A stretch of DNA of 64,000 nt from Roseateles agri (GCF_034043675.1 NZ_JAXCLA010000007.1:452547-516546); one strand, 5' to 3'. Counted from the first letter of the stretch, positions 9,342-21,447 are shown. Program-made: numbers and translations. Notes: generated by a model from the letters alone, not told the origin.

Positions 9342-10595
9342 ATGCGTTCGAACGTGTTGAGGGCCGTTGCCGCGGCGGCCTCACTGATGGTGTTCAGTGC
9401 AGCGCAGGCCCAGAACCAGAGCGTCGAGGTGATGCACTGGTGGACCTCCGGCGGCGAGGGTGCCGCGGTCGGTGTGCTGAAGCAGGATCTGGAGAAGCGC
9501 GGCGTCAAGTGGGTGGACATGGCCGTGGCCGGCGGTGGTGGCGAGGCCGCCTCGACCGCACTGCGCGCCCGCGTGGTCGCCGGCGACCCGCCGACCGCCG
9601 CGCAGCAGCTCGGCATGAACGTGCGCGACTGGGCCGTCGAAGGCTCGCTGGGCAATCTGGACGACGTGGCCGTCAAGGGCGGCTGGGACAAGGTCGTGCC
9701 GCCGGCGGTGCAGGCCTTCGGCAAGTACAAGGGCCACTGGGTGGCCGCACCGGTGAACATCCACCGCCCGAGCTGGCTGTGGATGAATGCCAAGATCTTC
9801 AAGGACAACGGCCTGACCCCGCCGAAGACCTGGGACGAGTTCAACGCCACGGCCGACAAGCTCAAGGCCAAGGGCATCACGCCGCTGGCCTTCGGCGGCC
9901 AGGCCTGGCAGGAAACCACCGTGTGGGAAGACGTCGTGCTGGGCATCGGCGGCCCGGACTTCTACAAGAAGGCCATCATCGATGCCGATCCGGCCGCGCT
10001 GAAGTCGCCGACGATGATCAAGGTCTTCGACCAGATGCGCAAACTGCGCAGCTATGTGGACCGCAACTTCGCCGGCCGCGACTGGAACCTTGCCACCGCC
10101 ATGGTGCTGAAGGGCGAGGCCGCCATGCAGCTGATGGGCGACTGGGCCAAGGGCGAGGTGATCGCCGCCAAGCAGGTGCCGGGCAAGGACATCCTGTGCA
10201 GCGTCGCGCCGGGCACGCAGGGCTCCTTCCTGTTCAACACCGACTTCTTCGCGATGTTCAACGTCTCGGCGGCCAAGCGTCCCGCGCAGCTGCTGATGGC
10301 CCAGGCCATCATGGACCCGAGCTTCCAGGTCACCTTCAACCTGGCCAAGGGCTCGATCCCGGCGCGTAACGACGTCAGCATGGACAAGTTCGACGACTGC
10401 GGCAAGCAGTCGATGGCCGACCTGAAAGCGGCCAGCGCGGCCAACCACGTCTACGGCTCGCTGGCCCACGGTCATGCGCAGCCCGCTGGCGTGCAGCGCG
10501 CCTACTTCGACGTCGTGACCAAGCACTTCAACTCCGACCAGTCCTCGCAGGCTGCCGTCGATGAGCTGGTGCGCTCGGTCGCCGCAGCCAAGTAA
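9342..10595 (+). CDS. ABC transporter substrate-binding protein (carbohydrate, CUT1 type)
   Basis: Signal peptide MRSNVLRAVAAAASLMVFSAAQA. SBP family 1 features. Confidence 0.85.
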   Translation: MRSNVLRAVAAAASLMVFSAAQAQNQSVEVMHWWTSGGEGAAVGVLKQDLEKRGVKWVDMAVAGGGGEAASTALRARVVAGDPPTAAQQLGMNVRDWAVEGSLGNLDDVAVKGGWDKVVPPAVQAFGKYKGHWVAAPVNIHRPSWLWMNAKIFKDNGLTPPKTWDEFNATADKLKAKGITPLAFGGQAWQETTVWEDVVLGIGGPDFYKKAIIDADPAALKSPTMIKVFDQMRKLRSYVDRNFAGRDWNLATAMVLKGEAAMQLMGDWAKGEVIAAKQVPGKDILCSVAPGTQGSFLFNTDFFAMFNVSAAKRPAQLLMAQAIMDPSFQVTFNLAKGSIPARNDVSMDKFDDCGKQSMADLKAASAANHVYGSLAHGHAQPAGVQRAYFDVVTKHFNSDQSSQAAVDELVRSVAAAK

Positions 10596-10609
10596 CTCCT
10601 GAGGGTTTT

Positions 10610-10646
10610 GCTGGTGGTGGCCGGCGCTGCCACCAGCCTTTTTCTT
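10610..10646 (+). terminator. intra-operon stem-loop with a T-rich tail after the SBP gene
   Basis: GCTGGTGG...CCACCAGC stem followed by CTTTTTCTTCC. Confidence 0.5.
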
Positions 10647-10684
10647 CCCTTTCCTTCTCCTCTTCGGTTTCACTCGGGACGTCC

Positions 10685-11569
10685 ATGTCACCCTTGTCGC
10701 GCTGGCTGGGCCGGCACATGGCGAAGCTGGCCCTAGCGCCCAGCCTGATCGTCATCTGCATCGCGGTCTACGGCTTCATCGCCTTCACCACCGTCCTCTC
10801 CTTCACCGGATCGAGGATGCTGCCGAACTTCAACTTCGTCGGGTGGCTCCAGTACGAGCGGCTCTGGAACTCGCCGCGCTGGATCGTGGCTGTGACGAAC
10901 TTCGGCCTCTTCGCCGTGCTCTACATCGGCATCACCACGGCGCTGGGCCTGGGCCTGGCGATCCTGCTCGACCAGAAGGTGCGCGCCGAAGGCGTGCTGC
11001 GCTCCATCTACCTGTACCCGATGTCGATCAGCTTCATCGTCACCGGCGTCGCCTGGCAATGGCTGATGGCGCCGGACCTCGGCCTGGAGAAAGCCTTCCA
11101 CGCCTGGGGCTGGACGAGCTTCCGCTTCGACTGGATCAAGGACGAGCAGATGGCCATCTACTGCATCGTCATCGCCGGCATCTGGCAGGCCACCGGCTTC
11201 GTGATGGCGCTGTTCCTGGCCGCGCTGCGCGGCATCAACGGCGAGATCATCCTGGCCGCCAAGATCGACGGCGCCGGCGGCCCGCAGATCTACCGGCACG
11301 TCGTCGTGCCCGCGCTGCGCCCGGCCTTCCTCACGGCCCTGGTCGTGCAGGGGCACCTCGCGATCAAGTCCTATGACCTGGTCGTGGCGCTCACCCGCGG
11401 CGGCCCCGGCTATGCGACCGAGCTGCCGTCCACCTTCATGTACGGCTACACCTTCACGCGCAACGAGATGGCCGTCGGCGCCGCCAGCGCGGTGACGATG
11501 CTGATCACGCTCGCCGCGGTGATCGTGCCCTACCTCTACAGCGAGCTGAAGAACCAAGATGCGCGCTAA
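10685..11569 (+). CDS. sugar ABC transporter permease (MalF-like)
   Basis: EAA-loop permease motifs. Six TM segments. Confidence 0.85.
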   Translation: MSPLSRWLGRHMAKLALAPSLIVICIAVYGFIAFTTVLSFTGSRMLPNFNFVGWLQYERLWNSPRWIVAVTNFGLFAVLYIGITTALGLGLAILLDQKVRAEGVLRSIYLYPMSISFIVTGVAWQWLMAPDLGLEKAFHAWGWTSFRFDWIKDEQMAIYCIVIAGIWQATGFVMALFLAALRGINGEIILAAKIDGAGGPQIYRHVVVPALRPAFLTALVVQGHLAIKSYDLVVALTRGGPGYATELPSTFMYGYTFTRNEMAVGAASAVTMLITLAAVIVPYLYSELKNQDAR

Positions 11570-12440
11570 GTCCTCCTTCAGACCCGGCCGGCTCTTCATC
11601 TACGCGATGCTGCTGGTCGCGGCGGTGTTCATGCTGGTGCCGCTGGTGGCGATGGTCTTCACCTCGCTGAAATCGATGCCGGAGATCACGGGCCTCGCGC
11701 CGTATTCGGGCGGCACGATCCTCAGCATCCCGGTCGATCCGAGCTTCGACGCGTGGAAGTCCGCCTGGTCCTCCGCCTGCATCGCGGTGGCCTGCGACGG
11801 CCTGCGGCCGTACTTCTGGAACACCATCGTGCTGTGCGTGTTCAGCGTCACGATCTCGGTGTCCATCGGCGCGGTGAACGGCTACGCGCTGACCAAGTGG
11901 CGCTTCAAGGGCGACAGCGTCATCTTCGCGCTGCTGCTGTTCGGCTGCTTCATCCCGTTCCAGATCGTGCTGATCCCGATCGCGCGACTGCTGGGCCTGA
12001 TGGGCTTGTCGGGCTCGATGGCCGGCCTGATCGCCGTCCATGTCATCTACGGCATCTCGTTCACCACGCTGTTCTTCCGCAACTTCTACGTCACCGTGCC
12101 CGACGAGCTGATCAAGGCCGCGCGCATCGACGGCGCGGGCTTCTGGTCGATCTTCTTCCGCGTGCTGCTGCCGGTCTCGGCGCCGATCGCGGTCGTCGCG
12201 GTGATCTGGCAGTTCACCTCGATCTGGAACGACTTCCTGTTCGGCGCGTCCTTCTCCGGCCCCAACTCGCGGCCGCTGATGGTGGCGCTGAACAACCTGG
12301 TCAACACCTCCACCGGTATCAAGGCCTACAACATCGACATGGCCGCCGCCGTCATCGCCGCGCTGCCGACGATGGTGGTCTACGTGCTGGCGGGCAAGTT
12401 CTTCGTGCGCGGCCTGATGGCCGGCGCCGTCAAAGGGTAA
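11559..12440 (+). CDS. sugar ABC transporter permease (MalG-like)
   Basis: Permease family. 11-nt overlap with the upstream gene. Confidence 0.85.
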   Translation: MRAKSSFRPGRLFIYAMLLVAAVFMLVPLVAMVFTSLKSMPEITGLAPYSGGTILSIPVDPSFDAWKSAWSSACIAVACDGLRPYFWNTIVLCVFSVTISVSIGAVNGYALTKWRFKGDSVIFALLLFGCFIPFQIVLIPIARLLGLMGLSGSMAGLIAVHVIYGISFTTLFFRNFYVTVPDELIKAARIDGAGFWSIFFRVLLPVSAPIAVVAVIWQFTSIWNDFLFGASFSGPNSRPLMVALNNLVNTSTGIKAYNIDMAAAVIAALPTMVVYVLAGKFFVRGLMAGAVKG

Positions 12441-12446
12441 AGAGAC

Positions 12447-13535
<1,089 letters not shown>

Positions 13536-13550
13536 AAGGAAATACAGACC

Positions 13551-14627
13551 ATGCCGAAGAAGGAAGACCGCCGACTGCGAGTCGGCGTCCTGGGCTGCGG
13601 CCCGATCGCGCAGGCCGCTCATTTCGAGAGCTGCACCAAGGCGCGCAATGCAGACCTCTACGCCATCTGCGACGTGGCGGACGACCTGCGCGAGCGCATG
13701 GCCTGGACGCACAAGCCCGAGCGCAGCTATGCCGACTACGACGCGATGCTCGCCGATCCGCAGCTCGATGCCGTGATCATCGCCACCTCCGATGCCTTCC
13801 ACGTTCCCGCGGCGATCCGTGCGCTGGAGGCGGGCAAGCATGTGCTGTGCGAGAAGCCGCTGGGCGTCACCGTCGAGGAGGTCGAATCGCTGCGCGAGGT
13901 GGCCGCGCGTAGCGGCAAGCTGCTGCAGGTCGGGCACATGAAGCGCTTCGACGCGGGCCTGCAGGCGGCCAAGGACTTCATCGACGATGGCATGGGGGAG
14001 ATGCTGGCGCTGAAGGCCTGGTACTGCGACTCCACGCATCGCTATCCGATGACCGACGCGGTGCAGCCGCTGATGGTCACCAGCGCCGCGCGCAAGAAGC
14101 CCGCCGTCGACCCGAAGGCGGACATGCGCCAGTACCTGATGCTGGCCCACGGCTGTCACCTGGCCGATACGGCGCGCTACCTCGGCGGCGAGATCACGGC
14201 CGTGCGGGCGCGCCTGTCCGAGCGCTTCGGCGCGCGCTGCTGGTTTGTCGAGACCGAGTTCGCCAACGGCACCCTGGGCCACCTGGACCTGACCGTGGCC
14301 GTGCGCATGGACTGGCACGAAGGCTTCCAGATCTACGGCCAGAACGGCAGCATCCTCGCCAAGACCTACAACCCCTGGTACTACAAGAGCAGCGAGGTCG
14401 ACATCTTCCACGAGAGCGACGGCACCAGCCGCCGCGTGCTCGGTGCCGACGGCCACTTCTATCGCCGCCAGCTGGAGGCCTTCGCCGACGTGCTGCTGCA
14501 CGGCAAGCCGATGACCGGCGCCACGATCGAAGACGGCATCGCCTCGGTGCGGGCGATGGTGGCCATCGTGCGCAGCGTGGACAGCGGCGAGCGGGTGCGC
14601 CTGGCCGACGTCGAGGGGAGCGTCTGA
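13551..14627 (+). CDS. Gfo/Idh/MocA family NAD(P)-dependent sugar oxidoreductase
   Basis: N-terminal GxGxxA Rossmann motif (VGVLGCGPIAQ) and EKP motif. Confidence 0.85.
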   Translation: MPKKEDRRLRVGVLGCGPIAQAAHFESCTKARNADLYAICDVADDLRERMAWTHKPERSYADYDAMLADPQLDAVIIATSDAFHVPAAIRALEAGKHVLCEKPLGVTVEEVESLREVAARSGKLLQVGHMKRFDAGLQAAKDFIDDGMGEMLALKAWYCDSTHRYPMTDAVQPLMVTSAARKKPAVDPKADMRQYLMLAHGCHLADTARYLGGEITAVRARLSERFGARCWFVETEFANGTLGHLDLTVAVRMDWHEGFQIYGQNGSILAKTYNPWYYKSSEVDIFHESDGTSRRVLGADGHFYRRQLEAFADVLLHGKPMTGATIEDGIASVRAMVAIVRSVDSGERVRLADVEGSV

Positions 14628-15484
14628 TGCAGCTGGGCATCTTCGCCAAGACCTTCGCCGGCACCGATCCGGCCACCGTGCTGGCCGCCGCGCGGCGCGC
14701 CGGCTACGCGACCGTGCAATACAACATGTCCTGCTCCGGCCTGCCGTCGATGCCCGATGCGATCGATCCCGCCGTGGCCACCGCCGTCGGCGCGCAGTCG
14801 AAGGCGCAGGGCGTGGCCATGGCCGCCGTCTCCGGCACCTACAACATGATCCATCCGGACCCCGCCGTTCGCACGGCGGGCCACGCGCGGCTGGAGGCGA
14901 TCGCCGGTGCCTGCGCGGCCATGGGCACGCGGCTGATCACACTGTGCACCGGCACGCGCGATGCCAAGGACATGTGGCACGAGCATCCCGACAACCACAC
15001 GGCTGCGGCCTGGAGCGACCTCGTCGAATCGATGCGCACGGCCATCGCCATCGCCGACCGACATGACCTGGAGCTGGGCATCGAGCCGGAGCTGGCCAAC
15101 GTGATCGATTCGGCCGCGAAGGCGAAGGCGCTGATCGACGAGATCGGCAGCCCGCGCCTGCGCATCGTGCTGGACCCGGCCAACCTGTTCGAGGTGCAGC
15201 CGGTGGAGCAGCAGCGCCGCATCGTGGCGGACGCGATCGAGCTGCTGGCCGACCGCATCAGCCTGGCCCATGCCAAGGACCGCCATGCCGACGGCCGCTT
15301 CGCCACCGCCGGCACCGGCGTGCTCGACTACGCGCACTACCTCTGGTGCCTGCGCGGCGCCGGCTTCGACGGGCCGCTGATCACCCACGGCCTGGCTGAG
15401 AGCGAGGCGCCCGGTGTCGCGCAATTCCTGGAGCGCACCTGCGACGAGCTGGGCATCCTGCTGGCCACCGGGCGGGCGGCATGA
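14627..15484 (+). CDS. sugar phosphate isomerase/epimerase (xylose isomerase-like TIM barrel)
   Basis: ATGA overlap with the upstream gene. TIM-barrel AP-endonuclease 2 family signature. Confidence 0.8.
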   Translation: MQLGIFAKTFAGTDPATVLAAARRAGYATVQYNMSCSGLPSMPDAIDPAVATAVGAQSKAQGVAMAAVSGTYNMIHPDPAVRTAGHARLEAIAGACAAMGTRLITLCTGTRDAKDMWHEHPDNHTAAAWSDLVESMRTAIAIADRHDLELGIEPELANVIDSAAKAKALIDEIGSPRLRIVLDPANLFEVQPVEQQRRIVADAIELLADRISLAHAKDRHADGRFATAGTGVLDYAHYLWCLRGAGFDGPLITHGLAESEAPGVAQFLERTCDELGILLATGRAA

Positions 15485-16296
15485 GCGAGGCCTTGACCCG
15501 CTATCCGTTCGGGCCGGGGCTCCGCTATGTGGACACCGGCGGCCGCGGTGCGCCGGTCTTCCTGCAGCATGGGCTGTGCGGCAGCGCCGAGCAGACGAGC
15601 GAACTCTTCTCGACCGATACCCACGCGCGCTTCCTGACCTTGGAATGCCGCGGCCACGGTCAGTCCGCGGCGGGTGCGGTGGAAGCGCTGTCCATCGCCA
15701 CCTTCACCGAGGACGTGCGCGCGCTGATCGAGGCCACGGGCCGGGAGCGCGCCGTCGTCGGCGGCGTGTCGATGGGCGCGGCGATCGCGACGCGGCTGGC
15801 GGTCAAGCACCCGGCACTTGTCCGCGGCCTGATCCTGATCCGGCCGGCCTGGATCTGCGAGCCGGCCCCGTCCAACACGGCGCCCAACGTCGAGGTCGGC
15901 CACCTGCTCGGACGCTTGCCCGCCGCGCAGGCCAAGGCCGAATTCCTCGCCGGCGAGACGGCACGGCGCCTGGCCCGCGAAGCGCCGGACAACCTGGCCT
16001 CGCTTACCGGCTTCTTCTCGCGCGAGCCGGCCGACATCACCGGCGAACTGCTGCGCCGGATCTCGCTGGACGGTCCCGGCGTCTCTGCAGATGACTTGCG
16101 CAAGCTGCAGGTGCCGGCCCTGGTGATCGGCCACATCGACGACGCCATCCATCCCATCGACATGGCGCGCGAGCTGGCAGACCTGCTGCCCGCTGCGCGC
16201 TTCGTCGAAGTCACGCCCAAGTCGGTCGATCGCAGCGCCTATGTGCGCGAGATCCGTGCCGCCATCGAACAATTCCTGCGGAGCTGCCCCCCATGA
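15481..16296 (+). CDS. alpha/beta hydrolase
   Basis: GGVSMGA nucleophile elbow. Confidence 0.8.
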   Translation: MSEALTRYPFGPGLRYVDTGGRGAPVFLQHGLCGSAEQTSELFSTDTHARFLTLECRGHGQSAAGAVEALSIATFTEDVRALIEATGRERAVVGGVSMGAAIATRLAVKHPALVRGLILIRPAWICEPAPSNTAPNVEVGHLLGRLPAAQAKAEFLAGETARRLAREAPDNLASLTGFFSREPADITGELLRRISLDGPGVSADDLRKLQVPALVIGHIDDAIHPIDMARELADLLPAARFVEVTPKSVDRSAYVREIRAAIEQFLRSCPP

Positions 16297-16991
16297 GTCG
16301 TCCCGAACCCGACTGGTTCGACCGCCTGCCCACCGACCGGCCCATCGCCGAGTTCTCCACCTGGTCCGCCGATGCGCTGCGTCTCGGCGAAGACCTGGAG
16401 CGCGTGAAGCCCTATGTCGATCTGCTGCACGTCGACGTGGCCGACGGGCATTTCGCGCCGTCCTTCCTGTTCTTCCCGGACCAAGTGGTGCGCGTGCGCA
16501 GCGTCAGCGCGGCGCCCATCCATGTGCACCTGATGGTCTCGCCCGAGATCCTGATGTCGCAGATCGATCAGTTCGCCGATGCCGGTGCCGACGTGATCAC
16601 CGTCCATGCCGAATCGCACAACACGGCCGAGGCCATCGAGCGCATCCGCGCCCGCGGCCTGATGCCCGGACTGGTGCTGCAGGTCGAGACGCCGGTGGCG
16701 ACGCTGGAACCCTTTCTGGACCGCGTCCAGTTCATCACGCTGCTGGGCACAGCGATCGGCGTCAAGGGCAAGGGCCTGCACGAAGAAGCGCTGAACCGCC
16801 TGCAGGAGGCCCGCGCGCTGATCGCGCGCCACGCAGCAGGCCGGCGCATGGTGCTGATCGCCGACGGCGGCATCCGCCACGAGACCGTGCCCAAGCTGCG
16901 CGAAGCCGGGGCCGATGGCGTGGTGCTGGGCTCGCTGGCCTTCGGCGATGCGGACCTGCCTGCGCGGATGAAGTGGCTGGCCGCCCTATGA
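16293..16991 (+). CDS. ribulose-phosphate 3-epimerase family protein (sugar-phosphate 3-epimerase)
   Basis: RPE TIM-barrel motifs (HVDVADGHF, HLMV). Confidence 0.75.
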   Translation: MSRPEPDWFDRLPTDRPIAEFSTWSADALRLGEDLERVKPYVDLLHVDVADGHFAPSFLFFPDQVVRVRSVSAAPIHVHLMVSPEILMSQIDQFADAGADVITVHAESHNTAEAIERIRARGLMPGLVLQVETPVATLEPFLDRVQFITLLGTAIGVKGKGLHEEALNRLQEARALIARHAAGRRMVLIADGGIRHETVPKLREAGADGVVLGSLAFGDADLPARMKWLAAL

Positions 16992-17962
16992 ATGTGCTGG
17001 CTGTTCCCGAGGCATCGTTCGCCGTCGGCATCGACCTGGGCGGCACGCAGGTGCGCGCGGCGCTGGTCGATGGCAAAGGCACCTTGCTGGCCCGTGCGGC
17101 GCTGCCGACCGACAAGGCCGGCGGCCCCAAGGCCGTGCTGGGCCAGATGCAGAGCCTGGTGCACGAGGTGAGCCGCAGCGTCGGCCTGGACAAGGTGCCC
17201 GCCGTCGGCGTCGCCTCGCCCGGCCCGCTGGACGCGCGGGCCGGCGTGATCCTGACGATCCCGACGCTGCCGGGCTGGGTCGACATCCCGCTGGTGGAGT
17301 GGCTCTCGGACTGGCTCGGCAAGCCGGTGACCCTGGGCAACGACGGCGTGGTCGCGGCGGTCGGCGAATGGCATTTCGGCGCCGGGCGCGGCCTGCAGGA
17401 TTTCGTCTACGTGACGGTGAGCACCGGCATCGGCGGCGGCGTGATCGCGGACGGCCGCGTGCTGCAGGGCCGCCGCTCGCTGGCCTCGCATCTGGGCCAC
17501 ATGACCGTCGAGGCCAGCGGCCCGTTGTGCCAGTGTGGCAACCCCGGTTGCTGGGAGGCGCTGGCCTCGGGCACCGCGCTGGGCGCGAATGCGCGCGCGG
17601 CCGTTCTGCAGCATCCCGCCAGCCGGCTCGCCGCGCTGACGGAGCCGCTGACCGGCCAGCATGTCTTCGAGGCCGCAGCGCAGGGCGACGCGCTGGCGCA
17701 GGAGCTGGTCGCGAATGAAGGCCGCTGGCTCGGCGTCGGCATCGTCAACCTGCTGCACCTGTACAGCCCCGAGCTGGTCGTGATCGGCGGCGGCGTCTCC
17801 CACGGCTTCGAGCTGCTGCACCCGATCATCCGGCAGCACGTGGACAGCTATGCGATGCCGCCGTTCCGCTCGGTGCCGATCGTGCGCGCGGCGCTGGGCA
17901 GCGACTCGGGCCTGGTCGGTGCTGCCGCGCTGGCCTTCATGTCCCTGGCGGAGCAGCCATGA
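16988..17962 (+). CDS. ROK family sugar kinase
   Basis: DLGGTQVRAALV ATP-binding motif. ROK Cys/His zinc motif (CQCGNPGCWEA). Confidence 0.8.
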   Translation: MNVLAVPEASFAVGIDLGGTQVRAALVDGKGTLLARAALPTDKAGGPKAVLGQMQSLVHEVSRSVGLDKVPAVGVASPGPLDARAGVILTIPTLPGWVDIPLVEWLSDWLGKPVTLGNDGVVAAVGEWHFGAGRGLQDFVYVTVSTGIGGGVIADGRVLQGRRSLASHLGHMTVEASGPLCQCGNPGCWEALASGTALGANARAAVLQHPASRLAALTEPLTGQHVFEAAAQGDALAQELVANEGRWLGVGIVNLLHLYSPELVVIGGGVSHGFELLHPIIRQHVDSYAMPPFRSVPIVRAALGSDSGLVGAAALAFMSLAEQP

Positions 17963-18531
17963 ACCCGGACGCGCCCTTCGAGGCCCTGATCTTCGACTGC
18001 GACGGCACGCTCGCCGACACGATGCCGATCCACCACGAGTGCCTGGCCACCGCGCTGGCGCGGCACGGCACCACGCTGCCCTGGGACTGGTACATCGCGC
18101 GCAACGGCGTGGCCTTCACCGCGATGATCGACGAGGTCAAGCGCGAGTTGGGCCACAGCCCGGAGCCGGACGCACTGATGGCCGAGCTGCCGCAGCTCTA
18201 CCGCGAGCGGGTCCACAAGGTCGAGGAGATCGCTCAGGTCGCCGCCATCGCGCGGCGGCACGCCGGCCAGGTGCCGATGGCGGTGGCTTCCAACGGCGAA
18301 GCGGAGCTGGTGCACGCGACGCTGGACGCGATCGGTCTGAAGGACCTGTTCCAGGCGATCGTCACCATCGAGGACGTGGCGCAAGGCAAGCCCGAGCCGG
18401 ACGTCTATCTGGAAGCGGCGCGCCGCCTGGGCGTCGAGCCGGGGCTCTGCGTCGTGTACGAGGACAGCGACGTCGGACTCGAGGCGGCGCGGCGTGCCGG
18501 CATGCGCCGGATCGATGTGCGCCGCGGGTAG
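17959..18531 (+). CDS. HAD-superfamily hydrolase (beta-phosphoglucomutase-like phosphatase)
   Basis: DxDGT motif FDCDGTLADT. Confidence 0.8.
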   Translation: MNPDAPFEALIFDCDGTLADTMPIHHECLATALARHGTTLPWDWYIARNGVAFTAMIDEVKRELGHSPEPDALMAELPQLYRERVHKVEEIAQVAAIARRHAGQVPMAVASNGEAELVHATLDAIGLKDLFQAIVTIEDVAQGKPEPDVYLEAARRLGVEPGLCVVYEDSDVGLEAARRAGMRRIDVRRG

Positions 18532-18570
18532 CATTGCGGCTTTTCAACCGGAGCTCCTGGGCCAACGAAT

Positions 18571-19788
18571 ATGTCGATGCCACGCGCCGTTCGGCACATC
18601 AACGAGGTCCGCGTGATCGATGCCCTGTACCGCCAGGGGACCTCGACGCGGGCCGACCTGGCGCGCGACCTGGGGCTGATGCGCTCGACCGTCGGCAACC
18701 TGATCGCCGGCCTGGTGGAGCAGGGCATCGTGCTGGAGCGCGAGGTCTCCGGCAGCACGCCCGGCGGACGCGCGGGCCGGCCCGGCCAGCATGTGCAGCT
18801 CAACCCCGGCCACTCGGCGATCTTCGGTGCCGACATCGGCATCGGCCATCTGTCCGTGGTGGCCGTCGACCTGGGCGGCCGGCTGATCGAGAGCAAAACG
18901 GTCGAGTTCGAAGGCCTGCAATCGGACGTGGAGCAGACGGTCCGCAAGCTCGCCGACATGGTGCGCCGCGCGGTCAAGCGCCTGCCGGCCGGGCAGACGC
19001 CGCGCGGCCTCTGCGTGGCCGCACCCGGCCTGATCGATCGCGATCGCCAGGTGCTGATGCGCGCGCCGATGCTGAACTGGCACGACCTTCCCGTCGGCCG
19101 CCTGCTGCGCGACGCGCTGAAGTGGGACGACGAGGTGACCCTGGAGAACGATGCGAACGCCTTCGCCGCGGCCGAGGTCTACGGACGGCGCTGGGGCAGC
19201 GTCGACGAGGCGCTGTTCGTCTACGTGGACGCCGGCGTGGGCGGCGGCCTGGTGTCGCAGGGCAAGCTGCAGCGGGGCCACAACGGCTATGCCGGCGAGA
19301 TCGGCCACATCCACCTGGGCGAGCAGGGCTTCGATCCGAAGACGGCGCTCGAAGGATCGTTCGAAAGCTATGTCGGCCGCAGCGCCGTGCTGGCGCGCTA
19401 CCGGCATCACGGCGGCAAGGCCTGGACCCTGGCCGAAGTCGTGACCGCGCTGGAAGCGGGGCAGGGCGCGGCGCGGAAGGTGGCCGAGGAATGGGCCTGG
19501 TGGTTCGGGCGCGGCATGGCCTCACTGATCTCGGTGCTCAATCCGGGGCGCGTAGTGCTGGGCGGGGCGGTGGCGCAGATCTACCGGCATGTCGAAGCCG
19601 AGGTGGTCGCCTCGATCCGCAAGCACTCGGTGACGCCGTATCCGCTGCCGCCGCTGGAGATGTCCACGCTGGGCGACGACGCCTGCGCGATCGGCGCGGC
19701 GATGACCCTGCACCGCAGCATGCTGGACTTCGACAAGCGCCTGGTTTTCGGCGGCGGCGCGGCACTGGCCGAAGGCACCGAGGCCTGA
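18571..19788 (+). CDS. ROK family transcriptional regulator
   Basis: N-terminal winged HTH plus a ROK sugar-kinase-like domain. Confidence 0.8.
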   Translation: MSMPRAVRHINEVRVIDALYRQGTSTRADLARDLGLMRSTVGNLIAGLVEQGIVLEREVSGSTPGGRAGRPGQHVQLNPGHSAIFGADIGIGHLSVVAVDLGGRLIESKTVEFEGLQSDVEQTVRKLADMVRRAVKRLPAGQTPRGLCVAAPGLIDRDRQVLMRAPMLNWHDLPVGRLLRDALKWDDEVTLENDANAFAAAEVYGRRWGSVDEALFVYVDAGVGGGLVSQGKLQRGHNGYAGEIGHIHLGEQGFDPKTALEGSFESYVGRSAVLARYRHHGGKAWTLAEVVTALEAGQGAARKVAEEWAWWFGRGMASLISVLNPGRVVLGGAVAQIYRHVEAEVVASIRKHSVTPYPLPPLEMSTLGDDACAIGAAMTLHRSMLDFDKRLVFGGGAALAEGTEA

Positions 19789-19899
19789 TCTTTCCGATGG
19801 ACACGGGCCTCGGCGCCCGTCCTCGGGAAAACCATTGTTCTTTTAGTTTGTTTTGCGAGCGAACATAAAGACAGAAAGAAAACATGACAGCGAGACAAG

Positions 19900-21447
19900 A
19901 TGGGCCAGCCGCAGCGCACCACGAGCGACATGCTCCTGCCTGATCGCAGGCCTGGCGTGTCCGTGGCCTTTGCCGATGTGCGCAAGGCCTTCGGCGCGGT
20001 GCAGGTGCTGCACGGCGTCAGCTTCGACATCCAGCCCGGCACCGTCGTCGGCCTGCTCGGCGAGAACGGCGCCGGCAAGAGCACGCTGATGAAGATCCTG
20101 GCGGGCTACGAGTTGCCCAGCGGGGGCGAGGTCCGCATCGACGGGCATGCTGTGCGGCTCGACGGCCCGCGCGCCGCCGAGGCACTGGGCATCGCGATGA
20201 TCCACCAGGAGTTCGCGCTGGCCGAAGACCTGACGATCGCGCAGAACGTCTTCCTCGGCCACGAGATACGGCGGGGTCTTGGCGGCATCTTCCTCGACAA
20301 CGAGGCCATGCACGCCGAGACGGCGCGCGTGCTGGAGCAGGTCGGGCTGCGCGCCCGGCCGGACACGCCGGTCAAGCGCCTGATCGTGGCCGAGAAGCAG
20401 CTGGTGGAGATCGCCAAGGCGCTGCAGAAACGGGCGCGCCTCTTGATCATGGACGAGCCCACCGCCACGCTCACGCCCGGCGAGACGGAGCGCCTGTTCG
20501 CGCTGATCGCCCGGCTGAAGTCCGAGGGCGTGACGATGGTCTACATCTCCCACAAGCTCGACGAGGTGGAGCGCGTGACCGATGACATCGTCGTGATGCG
20601 CGATGGACGCTTCGTCGCCGGACGCAAGACGGCGGAGGTGACGCGCCGCGAGATGGCGAACCTGATGATCGGCCGCGAGCTGAGCGATCTCTATCCGCCC
20701 AAGAGCGCAGCCCCGGCCGGCGCGCCGCGGCTGAAGGTAACCGGCCTCACGGTGCCCGGCTGGGCCAAGGACGTGAGCTTCGAAGTCGCCGCCGGCGAGA
20801 TCCTCGGTTTCGCGGGCCTGGTCGGTGCCGGCCGCACGGAACTCTTCGAGGGGCTCTTGGGCCTGCGCCAGGCCAGTGCCGGCCGGGTGGAGATCGACGG
20901 CACCGAGGTGCGCCTGCGCAGCCCGCGCGAGGCCGCCAAGCTGGGCCTCACCTATCTCAGCGAGGACCGCAAGGGCAAGGGCCTGCATGTGGACTTCGGC
21001 CTGCGGCAGAACCTCACCTTGATGGCGCTGCAGCGCTACACGAAGCCGCTGCTCGACGCGGCGGCCGAGACGGTGGCGCTGAAGACGTCGGTGGACGAAT
21101 TCGGCATCCGTACCGGCAGCCTGGACATCAAGGCCTCGTCGCTGTCTGGCGGCAACCAGCAGAAGCTGGCGCTGGCCAAGGTGCTGCACCCGGATCCGCG
21201 GGTGATCGTGCTCGATGAACCGACGCGCGGCGTCGACGTCGGCGCCAAGCGCGACATCTATTTTCTGATCCAGCGCCTGGCCCGCGAGGGCAGGGCGGTC
21301 ATCGTCATCTCCAGCGAGCTGATGGAGTTGATCGGCATCTGCCACCGCATCGTCGTGATGCGCGGCGGTGCCCAGCAGGCCACCTTGGCGGCCAACGAAG
21401 ACATCTCCGAAGAGGTCCTGATCGCTCATGCTACGGGAACACATTGA
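19900..21447 (+). CDS. sugar ABC transporter ATP-binding protein (RbsA-like, two ABC domains)
   Basis: Two Walker A / signature sets. The alternative start at 19930 (MLLPD...) is possible. Confidence 0.85.
   Translation: MGQPQRTTSDMLLPDRRPGVSVAFADVRKAFGAVQVLHGVSFDIQPGTVVGLLGENGAGKSTLMKILAGYELPSGGEVRIDGHAVRLDGPRAAEALGIAMIHQEFALAEDLTIAQNVFLGHEIRRGLGGIFLDNEAMHAETARVLEQVGLRARPDTPVKRLIVAEKQLVEIAKALQKRARLLIMDEPTATLTPGETERLFALIARLKSEGVTMVYISHKLDEVERVTDDIVVMRDGRFVAGRKTAEVTRREMANLMIGRELSDLYPPKSAAPAGAPRLKVTGLTVPGWAKDVSFEVAAGEILGFAGLVGAGRTELFEGLLGLRQASAGRVEIDGTEVRLRSPREAAKLGLTYLSEDRKGKGLHVDFGLRQNLTLMALQRYTKPLLDAAAETVALKTSVDEFGIRTGSLDIKASSLSGGNQQKLALAKVLHPDPRVIVLDEPTRGVDVGAKRDIYFLIQRLAREGRAVIVISSELMELIGICHRIVVMRGGAQQATLAANEDISEEVLIAHATGTH

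Noticed and set aside
17850-19868. 672-aa plus-strand ORF
   Set aside because: It is off-frame relative to the HAD hydrolase and ROK regulator, both of which have clear motifs. Its translation is Arg/Gly/Pro-rich.
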